Source: Lingula anatina
Lineage: Eukaryota; Animalia; Brachiopoda
Reading direction: 5' to 3'
Assembly (NCBI GenBank): GCA_051362555.1
Contig: CM120641.1
Location: forward strand, 21,080,001 to 21,144,000
Length of the DNA stretch: 64,000 nt
A program made the position numbers and the translations under genes. The notes beneath the pieces are model-generated. The model was not told where the DNA came from and ran no database searches. It was given only the letters and a program-made list of their open reading frames with translations. Of this stretch, positions 25,801 to 40,800 are shown piece by piece. Positions within the stretch are counted from its first letter, which is position 1; the number at the start of each line of letters is the position of its first letter.

Positions 25801-28800
25801 TACAAGCTGTAAAATAAAAGGGTTTTTAAAAGATATCCCCACCTCAGGCACAGCACCTCTTTTCTCCCTCCCCCTTCCTAACCAGTCATATATCACTGCG
25901 CTCAAGTAGAGGTTGGCTAATAATCTGACAAGAGTTAAATGCACTATTAGGTCCCATTAAAACAGCACTTACTTATGTCCGCCCCTCCTAGATGTATTGG
26001 TAAGAATATTGCCCTCGTGATACCAGTCGGAGTTGACGGCAGAGTTGTCAAATCTACAGTGAAGGGTTGCAGGTTCGGTGGCTTTGACAATCACTTCTCT
26101 GGTGAAGGTGCTCACATCCAGGATAGGGATATCTGAGCCTGATAAAATATAATATAACGTAATAATAAAAGTGAATTCTGTAGATGTAGAATATGGCCAA
26201 GGACTCATAATGAAGTATTGTTCTACAGACCTCCTAAAAATGGTGATTGACAGATGAAAAAATTGACATGTCATAAAACTACTAACACTTCTGCAAGATA
26301 ACATTTTACTGAACAAAAGCAAAAAGCATGAGCAATGATACCATAACGCTGCTTTCATAAAGAGATACTAATAAACTTAGATAGAAAAGGTGGTTATAAA
26401 TAACAGTGAGGTTTTAGTCCAAAAATATGTTGAGTACTTATTCTAATAAATTGCATTCTGTACTCCAAAATTTGTAAAGTGAGCCAAAACAATGTTAAGT
26501 GCTTAGTCTCTTACTGTTTTTATAGATAAACCACAGTCTTTATTGCAATGGAACCACAATCACCACTTCCCGTCTATTGCTTTGTACACACACTCACAGG
26601 GAGGAATTATATTCAAGCAGAAAGAACTACATCAAAGAAATATTATCTGCCTACTTGAAATTTTCCCTGTCAGATAAGACATGATATGCAGCTGTTCGCA
26701 GCCAGTGAGCAACAAAGTACTTTTTGAAAAACCAACATCAAATTATTTCTAATGATGTCGCTAACCTATATCAAACTTTTCACTCAGGTTTAACAGTCTG
26801 TTGAGGACACACCGTATCAAACCTTACCCATCAATCACCCATCAAACTTTCAAAATAAAGTCACGGTGCTGCAAAAATTAACAACTACTGTCCTCACTTG
26901 AGACATTGGCAATGAAATATCTGTCTCAGAGTTGTAGGAAGGCCATACATCATTTATCCCCTACTGCCCTCCCAAAAGAAATTTGTAAAGACATTTAGTG
27001 TAGTGTATATAGGGAGTTATCAAGACAAACTTTATTTGAAGTGAATGATTTTTAGAACTTGTTTTGAACAACATTAAGTTAATTGTACAAAAAAAAATAT
27101 AACAGGCATCCTTCTGTTGATTCACAAACTCCCATTTCTCCAATTGTCTGTGAACCGGTTGGATGACATTCTTAAGTTCAGTTAGAAAAATGTGGTAACT
27201 TTCATTAGGATTTAGACTTCATATTGATCTAAGAGGCGATGAGTGGAAATGAAGATAGAGGAGTGATAAGATCTGATGCAAAGGATTATCAAGTGAATCA
27301 TCAGTCCCAATGCAGATTTTCCTTTTTAATTCCAAGAAGACTAAGCTGATTTATCTAGATGTATTGGAAAAATCACTCAGCTTGAGTCTAGCTTTCAATG
27401 AACATGTGGTTAATGCCGATGGCAACATCAAACAGATAATAAAATTGCTAGATATTGACCATTTTACAATTCAGAATCAAATTATGAATATTGGTATTGA
27501 TGCAAAATATGAAAAAAAAGGTAAGACATGTAGATAAATCACCACATAGTATGCCATTTTCAAATCCTATTGATCCAAAATATTTCATTGCAATGGAAAT
27601 CATATCGCTAAATACTAAGAGTAAGTAGTATTCACTCCTATCAGACCTTAATTCTTAAAACAAGTTCATTTCACTCCTATTAGACTAAAGCTTTTCTGGT
27701 CACCAAGATTAGGTCTTCAAAAAAAAAACAATGTTTAAATCATATCCTTTTAAGTCACAAAATTGTAATTCCCTTTTTAAAAAGGTTATAGCAATATCTG
27801 ACGAAGACTTTTCAGGATACACTGTTGTCCATACATAGACTATTAAAGTGCCAATCCAAGCAATAAATTGTGACAGATAATCTGTAGATGGAAAAATAAA
27901 TCCTTTTAAGTGATTATTATTTCCATAGCCAGTCCACTAATCTCCTGGCTTTCCATGCATTCTGTGTTGTCAAGGTTCTGAATATTAAATTTTGTTAAAC
28001 CATCTAGTCAATCCATATCCCATTACTGACACTATCAGTTTAACATGCCAAATGCTACAAATTTCGGTCTTTCATCAGGAACATTTCTCATCTTATGACC
28101 TTCTATCCGTTTTGTTATTATCTATATCTCATTTCATATCTCTTTCTTATCAAACACAGATGCAGTTTGCAATTTATCTTAAAAACTCCCAATTTGTTAC
28201 AAAAATCTCAGCCAAAAAAGAAAATTTGTATCTTTACGATCAAAAGAGCCAAAATTTTTGGATTTTTTTCTTTAACATTTGAAAGTAAGATCTAGAAAAA
28301 TCATAAAGATAAAGATTTTCATAAGTAAAGTCAGTATGACTTAAGCATTGGGCCCTAAGCACCCTTCTCACCTTGCACATTGATCATAAAACTATCCGAG
28401 CTATCGAGGTGGCCTGCAGCATTTTTGGCCCTGCATGAATACATCCCATTATCATCAGAAGTCACAGCCATCAGAATCACTTTACGAGCACCATCCCTAA
28501 ACCGCACACGGTCTTCACTTGAAAATAACCTACAAATAGATAAGGAATTAAGATAAAGTTATGATAAGATCTGTCATAACTATAGATCATATGCTATCTG
28601 TAACTTTGTAAAACAGTTCATGTCATTGGATTTTTATTACTCTTCAATGGCGAATAAGACATAACACCTTACTTATTTTAGAATCTTATTTATGCATGAT
28701 CTGTCATCGTTAGTTACTTATAAATTTATATGTACCTTCCAGAACAAATACAATTAAGTATCCAAAATTTTGGAATCAACATTTTTGACTGCTACCATTA

Positions 28801-31800
28801 CTAAGTTTTGGAAAAAAATCATTTCAAAATTCATTTTATTTGAAACTGATGAGCAATATTATAACCATAAATTATTAAAAACTATAATCTAGCTTCAAGG
28901 TATACAAGTGTCATATTCTATTTACTAAGTCAAACCAACAACAGTGATATTGTACCCCAATTGCAAAGTCATTTTCACATAGTTTTCCTCCATATTTTGT
29001 CAGATTGACTGATAAAAAACAGCTATTAACAAACCATTAAGGAAATGAAACCCATTTTCAGTTCCCATTTAGGGAATGGAGGGATAATTGGATGCCACAC
29101 ACCGAAGTGAAGTGGCATCAACTTTCAGAGAAAAAATGAAGCAAATGCTTTACACACTGAAACTGAACCACCTACAACTCTATCATGTGTGCAGTGACAT
29201 TATCAGAATGTCCATAGAATGTCCAAGAAGCTGACACGGACATCCTTTCCAAGGCTTGACCTATTCATCTTTTTCATAAAAAATGGAAGGAAAGATTGTA
29301 TCAAAGCTTAGCACTCACAAGTGCCTGGGAAGGCCCTAAACTTTTGTGCCTTGGGCTGTAATTATTTTAAAAAAATATATAAATAGAAAGTAATTTCAAA
29401 TACCGGGCTTTGAATCCTGAGTAATAATCATTTTTTATGAGATCTGTAGATCAATCCTTTTTTATCAGATTGTAAGATGTAAGACATATATATGATAATG
29501 AGGGTGCGTTTAGTATCAGAAAAGAAAACCTTTTGGTAAATTTTTTTTTTTTTACTGAGAGATAAAATTCAAGTATTTTGTCAACATGGTGCCATTTGGT
29601 GACAGTGCTTGTTACATCAGTTTATAACTTCAAGTGCCTGATTACTGTTGGCAATTTCAATTTCAATTTGCTACTGATGAGGCTTATTTTTGTGATGCCA
29701 TCATTACTAGGACTACAGGATGGAATCAAATTAACACTTAGCTGATTAACATCTCTCCCTATCACTAGAAGGAAACTTCCATTAAATCCTTTCATTATTA
29801 AACTTTTTTACATACTCTTGCCAAGTTTTACAAAACAACACTGCATACAACCCAAACCTTAAATACGCTTATTAATAAAATTATTTACTTTCATACAACA
29901 CTACTCACTTCATCTGGAGGCAACAAACTGCTTCTGATTGGTCAAATGTTGAGAAACAATGTGATTTCCATTACATACGTTTCAAATATGAAGGATTATG
30001 TAAAATTACAAAGAACAGACCTGTGTGACCCTATATTCTTTTTGAGACAGACTCAGCTGGCAAAGATAACAAGTCATTTTTCATTCAGAAAATCCATGTA
30101 GAATGTTCTTTCTGGAAAAGTCTTACCTTATTTTATTCTTATACCACTCAAACTGTGGCTCTGGGTTGCCCTGGATAAGGCACTTTAAGCTGACTGTGGC
30201 GCCAGGAACAATGGCAGATTCATCACTAGGTTGTTTTAACTGAAGGCCACCTTGGTCAATCCCTAAAAGATAAAAAAATCAACATTTTTTTAAGTACTAC
30301 ATTTATTTTCCATTTATGTTCTATTTTCAATCAGTCCATTTATTACAGTAACGGCTCTTTCTTTTCGATGGCAAAGAAATTAATTTTACATATAAAATAA
30401 GTCATAAATTATCAAAATTAGAACATTACTATTGAGTGGTAGCAAAAAAACCTGTATCCCAGTTCTACTCTATACAAAAAAGCACCACAAATGCTACAAA
30501 GATATTCATTTTAATGATTTTAAATTTCTATATCTGAAAAATTACTTTTCCCATTGAAAAGGTCAAGTCATTACCATAATTTTAGAATGTTAACAGGTCA
30601 AGTCATAACCATTTCAATGCCAAGTACCATCCTACATCACACAATTTTTCGTTAAGTTATATCAGATGTCAAATGGTCTTAATTGTAAGTTACAAAAACT
30701 TTCCGGTTGTGAAGATTTTGAAAGACAATTTTAATCATTCATAAACTGTCTCAGTTTCATAACTTCAGTAAGTCACAGGTGAATATGACGCAACTTCCTC
30801 AATATGTGAATATGACGCAACTTCCTCAATACTCCTCTTACCATTCCTTTTAGACAGGTTAATTTAACTGAACATTATTAAGTTTTCCTGTTGTATAAAA
30901 GGAGTGGTAATTGGATTCTACCTGTTGACGGAATCAAAGGCAGACAGGTAGGTTATTTACATGATTACATCACAGACTGGCAAGAGAAGAGAAGTGAAGA
31001 ATGTCAACACATAATAAGGACATTCTCTTAAATTCTCCACTGTGAAAAGACAATCAAAAATACTGCAAAGCATGACAAGGACAGTTATGGTCCCGTCCAT
31101 GATGGGTTTTTTTCTGTGGCCTTCTGAAATGCCCATAGCTAAGACATGTATGTCTTTTTCTGTTTTTTTTTTTTTTTCTTTGGGGGGGGGGGGGGAGGGG
31201 CACTACCCCCTTTATCTTTATAGGCCATGGTACAACTAAAGGAAATCGGTCAATATTTCTTCTCTGTACCAGCTCCACAGAGCAGTGAATCAGGCATGCT
31301 ATATTACCAGCCTACCACAGTCGATCAGAAACCCATTAATCAGGTGTTATTTACATAAAATTATCCTTACTGAAACAGAAGTACATTTGACGTATATCAG
31401 GATTATGAAATATGGTGATTGTCTATTATCATTACTTGGATAGGCATGGAAATTACTTCCAAATGGTATTAACATGCCAGAGCTTTCCAAAAGGAGGTTT
31501 TTCATAAAATGTTTTATTGCCCAATTTCTGAAGTATCTCACTAGGGCAATCTGGCCTCACTCAATACAAAACATTTTGTCATCAACATTTTTCATCATTT
31601 TCTAACAAATTTCAATAAAACCCTTCTCATACAATACATCTGCAATCTTATGTCTAGCTAAACAAAAGCTCCCTCAAAAGTATGAACATTTTTTTTTATT
31701 TAAACCCTCATCAAATTTATCAATCAAAAACTAAGTTCACCATTTCATTTCTATTCAACTTTTCATTGGGAATATAACGAGCCATATCTGGCGCAGTATC

Positions 31801-34800
31801 TGAGGTAAATGGATTGTGGGGCAGGAGGGTTATCACCGTCTTCATCTCAGGCACACTTCAACACCATTTTCCACATTACTGCCACTTACCCCGCACCAGA
31901 TAAACCACTGTCATAGATGGTTGCAGCTGACTACAAACAAGAGTCCCAGTATCAAATGATGGATGACTGGTGTCAGGAAACGTTACAGAGAAGTCTGGCC
32001 AGGTGTGAAGTGAGCCAACCTGGATCTGGTAGTGTACAATATCTACATACTACTTTATACTACCTATGCTGAGATGTACACTACCTACTAATGATGCCTT
32101 AACTAAGTTCCGATAATATTTTCTTTTTTTAAATTAGTAACTTATTATTAATTGGAACTTAGAGTGCATAACATGACTGTTGACCAAAGAATTCAAATAT
32201 ATCTTTGTTGTGATGAGATTTAAATTTTCTATCCAAAGATATGATCTGCTTATTTAAATATATAATGATGTTACTGTGCAATGGACTCAAAGTCATTATA
32301 ATTGCATCTAACCATTTTCATTTATTTTAAGAACGCCAAAGGTAAGTTCTGGGAGCTCATTTGTAATTTGAATGTGCAGAGGGCCCATCTACTTCTTTCT
32401 TCAAGCTTTGAGTGGGGTACAAAAAATGTGCTTCAGTTATAGGGAATTTTTCAGTGCCTTCACACTTGATTTTCAACAAATATTATCCACAAATTGAAGT
32501 TGATGTGGATTTTCTGGTTCCAATCCAAGCCTATCACATCCTATCACTCTAATCAACTGCAGCTGCTGAGGCTTCTCTCAGGTATCGAAATTACCCTTCA
32601 CCAGTTTATCAAGTAGTCGATTAAATAATAATTGAAGCTAATTCAAGCTTCTTTGCTTTGATTAACCTTTGGTTTGGGTCCTACCCCATCTATTCCCTCT
32701 TTATTTCTAAGTTTATTTAACTGGGTACTTAGAAAGAGTTGCCAAAATGCCAGATCTTCTGATCAGTTGTGTGCCTAATCTCTGGCAAGCACTATCCATT
32801 CCCCGGTTGTTAAAAACACAATCCTGATCCAGATACTGAGCGGGTAGGCAGCAGATTTACTTTGGGCTTAGACATTCACAGTGGTTGAAAATTTGGAAGT
32901 CTCCATGCTCAAAAAGTGATTTAAAGATGCTGCTTACTTATTCATCATTTCGTAAATGATCAGATGCACTTTTAACCTAATCATTTTTGCATGAAAGAGC
33001 CAAAATAGGTTAATAACTGGTTTCTGCTCCAAATGCCACTCCTTGTGTTGTGCCAATGCCACTTAAAGTTAAACTGTGTGTGTGTGTGTGTATGTGCGCG
33101 CACACGCATGTTTGCACATGCAATGGTTTTTACAATTTTTCTTTAAAAAGACCTAATGAAATAGCCCTCAAAACTGAAAACACAAACCATGTCATGCAGT
33201 AAAACTCTTCCAACTTTATCTGTAAAAACCAGGATCCAAGATACAATTTATCTTCTATCTTAGGTAACAATCAATCCCAATCCTTGCACAATACCAATTT
33301 CATTATCAAGAAAGCAAAACCAAAAACATGCAAATTTCTCATACATCAGTGACACCAACCCCAGGATCAGATCAATTTCTCCTAGAAACAATGGATAAAG
33401 ATTAAGCTGACAGGATTTAACACACGCGGGTCAGTAAGGGCACTTAGTAATTAGCAGCAAAAGGCAATCAAGCTGTGTCAAATTGAATAGTTACTGATAA
33501 ATCTAGGAGCGGGTTTTCACACTAAAACTTGATCTAAGCCACCTGGATGTTTTCTCAATCTATTACATTTGTCCCAATCAACACCTTTGTTCATACAACC
33601 ATCTTTATGACACTTGTAAATCACTAAAGAGTGACATGATCAATATTGAACAAGATAATATTTCCTGAAATCTTTTTTTTCATTATGGGTGAAAACTGAT
33701 GATCTGTTTATTGTTGCACTGTGGCAATGTAAAGCAATCAACATCATATCAGTGTCAAATTTTTTAAACCTGTATTGAACTGAAGGTAATATTGATGATG
33801 CATTATTTTACACCAGCAGATGTAGACTAGAAAGCATGTAATGCAAAATTACAGGTAAAAGCTGATGATACGTTTACTGGCAGTCTTACTCTGGCAATAT
33901 AAAAGCAGTCTACATCATATCTGTGTCATATTTTTCAAACCCACATCGAACTGAGAGTAATATCCATGATGTATTTTATTACACTAAGTAGACTAAAAGG
34001 CATCTTGACCCTGAAATTCATAGATCAAATAAAATCAGTCAGGTTTTAAAAATCTAACTAGCTTTCTACTTAGTAAAAAAGCTGAAATGGCAAAATATCA
34101 TGTACAAAGGCTGTATATTGCAGGCAGCTGCATCGCTTCTGTCTCTCAGATCTTTTTAACTATGCTTCATCCTGATCAATCAGGTCATGTTCTCCACCAG
34201 ACTCATTTATGCCATAAATTGTCCATGTGAGACCAATAATATCATTTCTTATTTAAGTTAAATCTGATGTGAATGTAGCCTATATATCTGCCATCCTCAG
34301 ACCACAAAAGGATCAAAAAACTTTGGTCATATTCTATTGATCCTCAAATGATTCATCATCCCCAACATGAGTTCCTGTGCACATTTGGTATTAGACAACT
34401 ACAAGTCTGAACATGGTGACTAACTCTGACATCATTTGCACATAATCAATACAGTACCATTCATTTCAATTTTTTATTACTAATGCTTTAAACTAAAACA
34501 TCTTATCTATTTTGTTACAGAACAGACATACATGCTTTATAATATCAGAAACCATACATGTCTCATACTGCAATACACATAGATGCATAGTTGGTAACAT
34601 AGCCTACTAAGAAAAAAATAGATTTACTTGCTCTTGTATTAAAAAAGAAATTTAATTCCAATTAGCAGCTCTCTCTAAGGGGTGTCACACAATACCTCAA
34701 AGATGCTTATCTCCCTCCCTTTCCCTCAACCCATTCTATATGATTTATTGGGAAGTTCAATATTGACTCTTGAGCTTTACATTATCCAAATTTAATTTAC

Positions 34801-37800
34801 AACAAATTTGGATCAATGCTAACATCCTCCTAATAAAATTCCAAACTCTCCCATCACTGAATTAAATACGACACCAGGAGTCTGCTGAAATAATTCCCCA
34901 AGAAGTCAAAGAGTCTAGATCTTTTGTAATCAAATTGTTACACACAATACAAAAATACCAGCTGTGTCAGAAAAAAACATGTTTCAAGAGCTCGACAAGT
35001 TCTGTTAAAACCCCAGAAGAATTTTTTTGACGTCCAACAAAGCACGTGGGTTTGCTGGGAATCGATGGTCGAAAGATCAAGGAAGTAGAAATTGTTCTTT
35101 TAGAAAAAAGACAATTGTCATAAGGTCCCTTCACACTGGTTCATTATAGACCAACAGACAATATAAAACCCTACTCACTACGTAATGTGTATTACCAGAT
35201 AATGAGAGTGGGACCAACCATACCAATCTAAAACAGTCCTTGTCTGAATACATCTCAAGTCTTAAAATACAATCAAAATAGAATAGTGCCTTAGGATGAA
35301 CTTTCAGCTGAACTAAAACACTATCACTCCAAGATTGGAAGGAAAGTCAGTTTCCTTTAATTTACACATCCAAACATTCTCATCAATACTATTTTATAGT
35401 CTGATTCATTTCAAAATTGCTTCATTACAGAATCAGATAGCGCATTATCTCCCATTAAACAATGTCCTAATTACATATGCAGACTTCCAAACAAAAGAAT
35501 GATGCTCCTTCTTTAAAAAACATTTTAAGGGAAAAGAAAATGGGATAAACTTGGCAATCACATTTGCCATGTGACATGCACAAGCCACAATCTAACAACA
35601 AGAACCTGAAACAAATTATGCCATTTTACTAAGCTAGCTGAAAGGGAGAAGAACAGTGAATTAGCAAGGTTAAAATGGTTGCCAAAGAGACAAATACATG
35701 TATTTTGTCAACACTGCATTAGCCTGACAACATCTACCATTTCAACATAGGGCACATTCAGAACAATTTGATTCATAGACTATCAAATCTGCGTATCAAA
35801 TATGGTGCCACCCACTTGAAAGCATGCCGAGATTTTATTGCTCTACCCCCTATGGGGCAGTGCGTGTGGGGGGTTGGAATTCATTATCAAGTGCACGCCA
35901 TATTTGATACACGGACAAGTTAGTCCGTGGATCAACTTTGTTGTGAATGCTCTCATCTCCGCAATTGTCCAATCCATAACATAGTGAGAAAATGACCATG
36001 CATGGTTAAAATGTGACGAAGAAGACCACCAGCTTGGCATCATTCTATATGCCTGATAGCACTTAATCAAGGACAGTGGTGTACAACCTGGCAAATAAAG
36101 ATAGAGCTGCTGGGTTCTGTTTTCCAGAATAAATGGAATTTATATTCTTGATACTCTGAAATATGACCAAACTGCCTTTGGGGATGCACATACTATGTAG
36201 TTTTGGCCATATTGCAGGTGTAAATCACTGCCCATCAATCTACCTTATCCTTTCTTGTCACCCACACGCACATATACAAACTGAGAGATAAGCTAGGCTT
36301 TTGTTTTGTCCACAATCACACAAAAGCTTTTTAGTGTATGATGTGTGATAATATGAAAAAGTGGAAACCCGCAATCCTATTCCTTCTCCAAGTTATCTTG
36401 CAGTAACACTATTGCAAATGAACCAACATCTATAATATCCTTTAATTTACCTGCTAACAAAGTTTAAGAGCTGCACAATATTCATGTTTCTAACATATAT
36501 GCTGAAATAAAGCAGTCATTTTTTAGCCATGCATGTTTTTCAGACAGTGGCAAAAATACAACAAGGCAGGATGAACCTGGATCGGAAAGTTCAAGGTGTT
36601 ATTGGCACAAATGCCGCACAATGCAAAAAGACATTCCCCTTCAGCATGAAAAAAGTAATTAAACTTAAGAGGAAATTTGTCAAATTCAATAAAACTCATT
36701 TCCCCTTCTTTTCAACTTTTGGACCAGGCTCTGCTATTAAGAGAACCTGATAGAATGAGAGTGATTGAGAAAAAACCAATGATGAGCAGAACAGATTTCA
36801 AAATTAACAAATTTTTTAAATAATATCCTATTATACCTAACAAGACTGCAATTTCCCATCATGTTAGTTCTCGTGCTAGCTTATTGAAAAGGAAATCCTA
36901 TGGAGAATCTGAGATATTGAGGAAACATAAAACAAGTAACACAGATTATGTCAAAACATAAATTATGCCACAACTTATTTCATTTCTAAAGCATCTTCTA
37001 TCACTATTGTAGAGCTTAATAAGAACCTTAAGTCTTATTAAATTTTGCTTCACTATTAAATATCTCTAAATCTTGAGTAAAGCTTCATCTCAACAGATAA
37101 CAAAGATGATTAATCAAAGCTGCATTCTTCTATTGAATGGGATGTGATAAAATACTCTGGACAAAACTGCAGGGTATAGCGGTGAAGGGAACTTGAGACT
37201 GAAGTTGTAAGGCGAGTGAGTGATGCTCAACAAAGGGAAAGAAACAAATAAAGAATCAAAAGATTGCTAGGTTACAGCTTTGTTTACAATTCCTCCTCCA
37301 ATATTTCTGCTAATCGAATGATCTTCCACAAAGGAGGAAAAAAAGAAACCAGAATCAAAAGTCTGCTAAGTTTCAGCTTGGTTTGTACAAGAAATGATTC
37401 TGCCTCCAATAAGATGAGACAAAGAGCAGTTTCCATTACATCGACATGACAAGTCAATCAGGGGGAAATCTCTCAGGGACATCCACCATGCAATTTAACA
37501 ACTCGAGCCTGAAATGAGCCATGATTCATTTCCACACAAATTGGTTAAATATCTTAATAACTGAATCCAGTGGGTGGTTTCCAGACGTTCTGAAGAGAGC
37601 TGTCACAGAATACTGATGTAGTATCATTAAGTGCTTTCTTATTTCTTATCTTTTTCTTCACCCCCCCCTCCACAAAAAATCTGCTGTATACCTTGCGTTA
37701 TGGATTAAATTGGCTTTTAAAAGAGATGCTAAAAAGAATAACTTAAATTTTTTTCTAATCTGTTATCATTCGCTGCAAGTTGGTCTTACAAAATGTTCAG

Positions 37801-40800
37801 TAAAGTTGATCCTTCCTTCAGAAGATAGAGTCAGAGTAAGTTTCTTCTGATCAAAACCATCTGCCTGTGCACAGAAAAAAAGTGATCAATAAATCATCCT
37901 TTTTACAAGCTGTTCATATGAGAAGTCTTAAAGCGGTGGATTGCACCAAGAAACACAGAGACAGGTACATTTGGTCTGAAAATAATTCAGCGCATGATAA
38001 TTTCTGTAAAGTATGAAGGATGTGTTACACTTACAGATCCATACTTTATGTCACCAAAGTCATTCATGCATTTATTAGTGTCTTTAAGTCAATTAAATCT
38101 TTTTAGATTTTTTCTTTCCATTCATCCATCAATATTCAGCCGTCTATTATCATTATAACTGATAAAATTCTATTTTCTGCAGGTATAAACATCTTCATTT
38201 CCACACAGACACAAACACAAAAAATCAGAAAGTGGGCAGGCTGATAAAAAAGGTCAGAAAGAGTAATCTCTGAACTTAGGGGAAAACACAAACCAATTCT
38301 CCGTTTTTATCACAATCAGAGCAACATAACACCAACACAAACACAAGAATTATCATTCACACGCACCTACATCAAGTATTGACATTTCTATCTCCACTGT
38401 ACAAATACCAGATGTGTCTTAAAGGTTTAAGTCATTGATAACAAACAGACCCACACACATAGAACTTGTGTGGAAACAAGAATGGAGACTGCACAGGTGA
38501 AACACAATGTGCCATGTTCATCTACCTTATCATTAGCTGTGGAGTACACACTGCAAATTAAAGCAAGGCACAATGGTAAACATGGAGCATGTGCACATGC
38601 ACCTTTGGCGTACAGTTGTTCATAATGCTTTGTACAACTGTGGCAATTAAAACTTATTTTGGCTCAGAGAATATAAGAGTCCACCTCCACAGACAATTTT
38701 TTATATTTTTTAATTTTTTGCTTCTTGACTTATAAATGAGTCATTCTTGAGTGTTCCTTGTCATCACTAGCAACTTCCCAGTTTAGCTGACCCTTCTACT
38801 TGTACCATCTTCTTAGTTATAATGGTAAATGCAACAATGCATTTTTCATTTGTGTTAGCCAAAAATAATATTTTTATTCATCAGCAAAAAGTTGTTATTT
38901 GAAACAAAAACCTTGCTGCTTACGTGACTGACCTGATGCAAGTATTAAGAAGTCCCTGTTTCTCATACAATTGTTTCTAAGGAAAATACATCATCATGCA
39001 AGTTTTCCTGGGGAATAGAAATTTCCTTTTCTTTTATTTGACTGCTTGGCAGAAGTTAAATATCGCATTTCTTATTAACAAGATTGTGTTCTGATATTAT
39101 TAAAATGATGCTGCTATTACTGTCTATATAATAAGACTACCTTTATGCTGCTATTACTGTCTACATAATAAGACTACCTTTATGTTGCATGTTAGTTCTT
39201 TAATCTCTGCTAGCCAAGTAACTATTGCATTTGCCCATCTAATCTTATTGTAATCATTCCTCAAAACTCAGTTCTTTTCCAATCTTCTTTAGTACACAAG
39301 GGTCTGATTTTAATGAGATGGTTTGTACATTAACTTCCACTTTTGCTTGGGGACAGGAAAATTCTTTAAGGGCAATTACAAACACTGGTATTTTCAGTAC
39401 CAACAATCAACTTCTAAATGCTGCAGACACAGTGGGAATTATAGCAATTCAGGGGTATAGCCATCTCTACAAGTTTGTGGTACAACTGGGAGCTAGTTCA
39501 CATATGTACTTACTGAAATCTGAAATACTTGATGTTGGTGTACTGGGAATTGGCATATGAAAATGAATGGCTTCGAAGTTTTTATCATGAATAAAATACT
39601 AGTTAGCACCAAGAAGGTACACTGATACGAAAATATTTATAATTACTCAATTAATTAATTGGCTACAAATTGCTAACGCCACATTTTGATACACAAGTTG
39701 GTAAACTTTCTACAAAAAAACTATTAAAGTTTTTTAAATGAAGCAAATCATCTGACAAAATAGTGAAAGTATAAGCCCCTTCTCACACCCATTTCAAATG
39801 AGCATAAACACAACCAGAGAGCCCAGCAGAGGCTGCCCCCCCCCCCCCTTTCCTATGGGTTTTAGATCATCATTTCTTTGACCGTCTTCATATCAAGGGA
39901 GGTCTTAAAACAGTACAATCAACTATATAAATGAACAATAATCAGACAAAAGCTCAAGCAAGACAACTATTGTCCATTCCCTGTCCTCCTGTCCTCTCTT
40001 CTTGACTGGTCACTGTTATCCTAGCTAGCACTTGGCCAGACAGCTTCAACCTTTCTGTGCCAAAAAACTTACATCATGTCAGTATATCTGATAACTATTG
40101 TCCACTACTGCACACAAGAAATGATAGATTTATGTCAAATCTATACACCTTTACAAAGATATAGAATTTGGCTCCATCCAGAAGGCTTTCTCAGTTTCAG
40201 GCACCTGCTTTTCAATAATCTTTAACACATGTAATGGAATATTTGCCCTATACTTTTTAGACACACTTAAACATATATATATCTAAATGTCCAGATGTTG
40301 GGGTTTGACTGGGGAAGGTCTTCTCGGTTTCAGTCGTCTGCTACTCAATGATCCTTGTCAAGAGCAGTTTATTTCTTTGTCATCCATAAGGTGATACTTT
40401 AAACTGACAACCTATTGTGCATAAAAACTTGGGTCGGATGATTTCAAACTAAGAAGTCTTGCCTTATGCCGAACTCCAGTAGTGAAATTGAAAAGGGAGG
40501 TTTATTGGACACAATGGCTCCCCTGACCTGTAAAGTCAAGAGTCTGGTTAAGAAACTGGTTGATAATGTTATCCTCTGTGTAAACTTCTACGAGATAAAA
40601 CTGTACTTATGGCAGAATTTAACTGACTGCATTGTGAACCAGACAAAACTTTTCTGATGTCAATCTATACACCAGTTACTGTAAGTTATCTTAATGCAAG
40701 GTAACACTCCCCACCGAAGTGGAAGCATTCTAGTCCTTTTATTTGATAAAAGCCTCTGGTAATTCAATCTTCAGGATCAGTTCAGACTTCGAGAAGCTCA

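Noticed and set aside
31790-36100. GC-richer patches (31790-32040, 35840-36090) suggestive of SINEs or extra exons
   Set aside because: I could not identify A/B boxes, tails, TSDs or phase-compatible splice sites with confidence.
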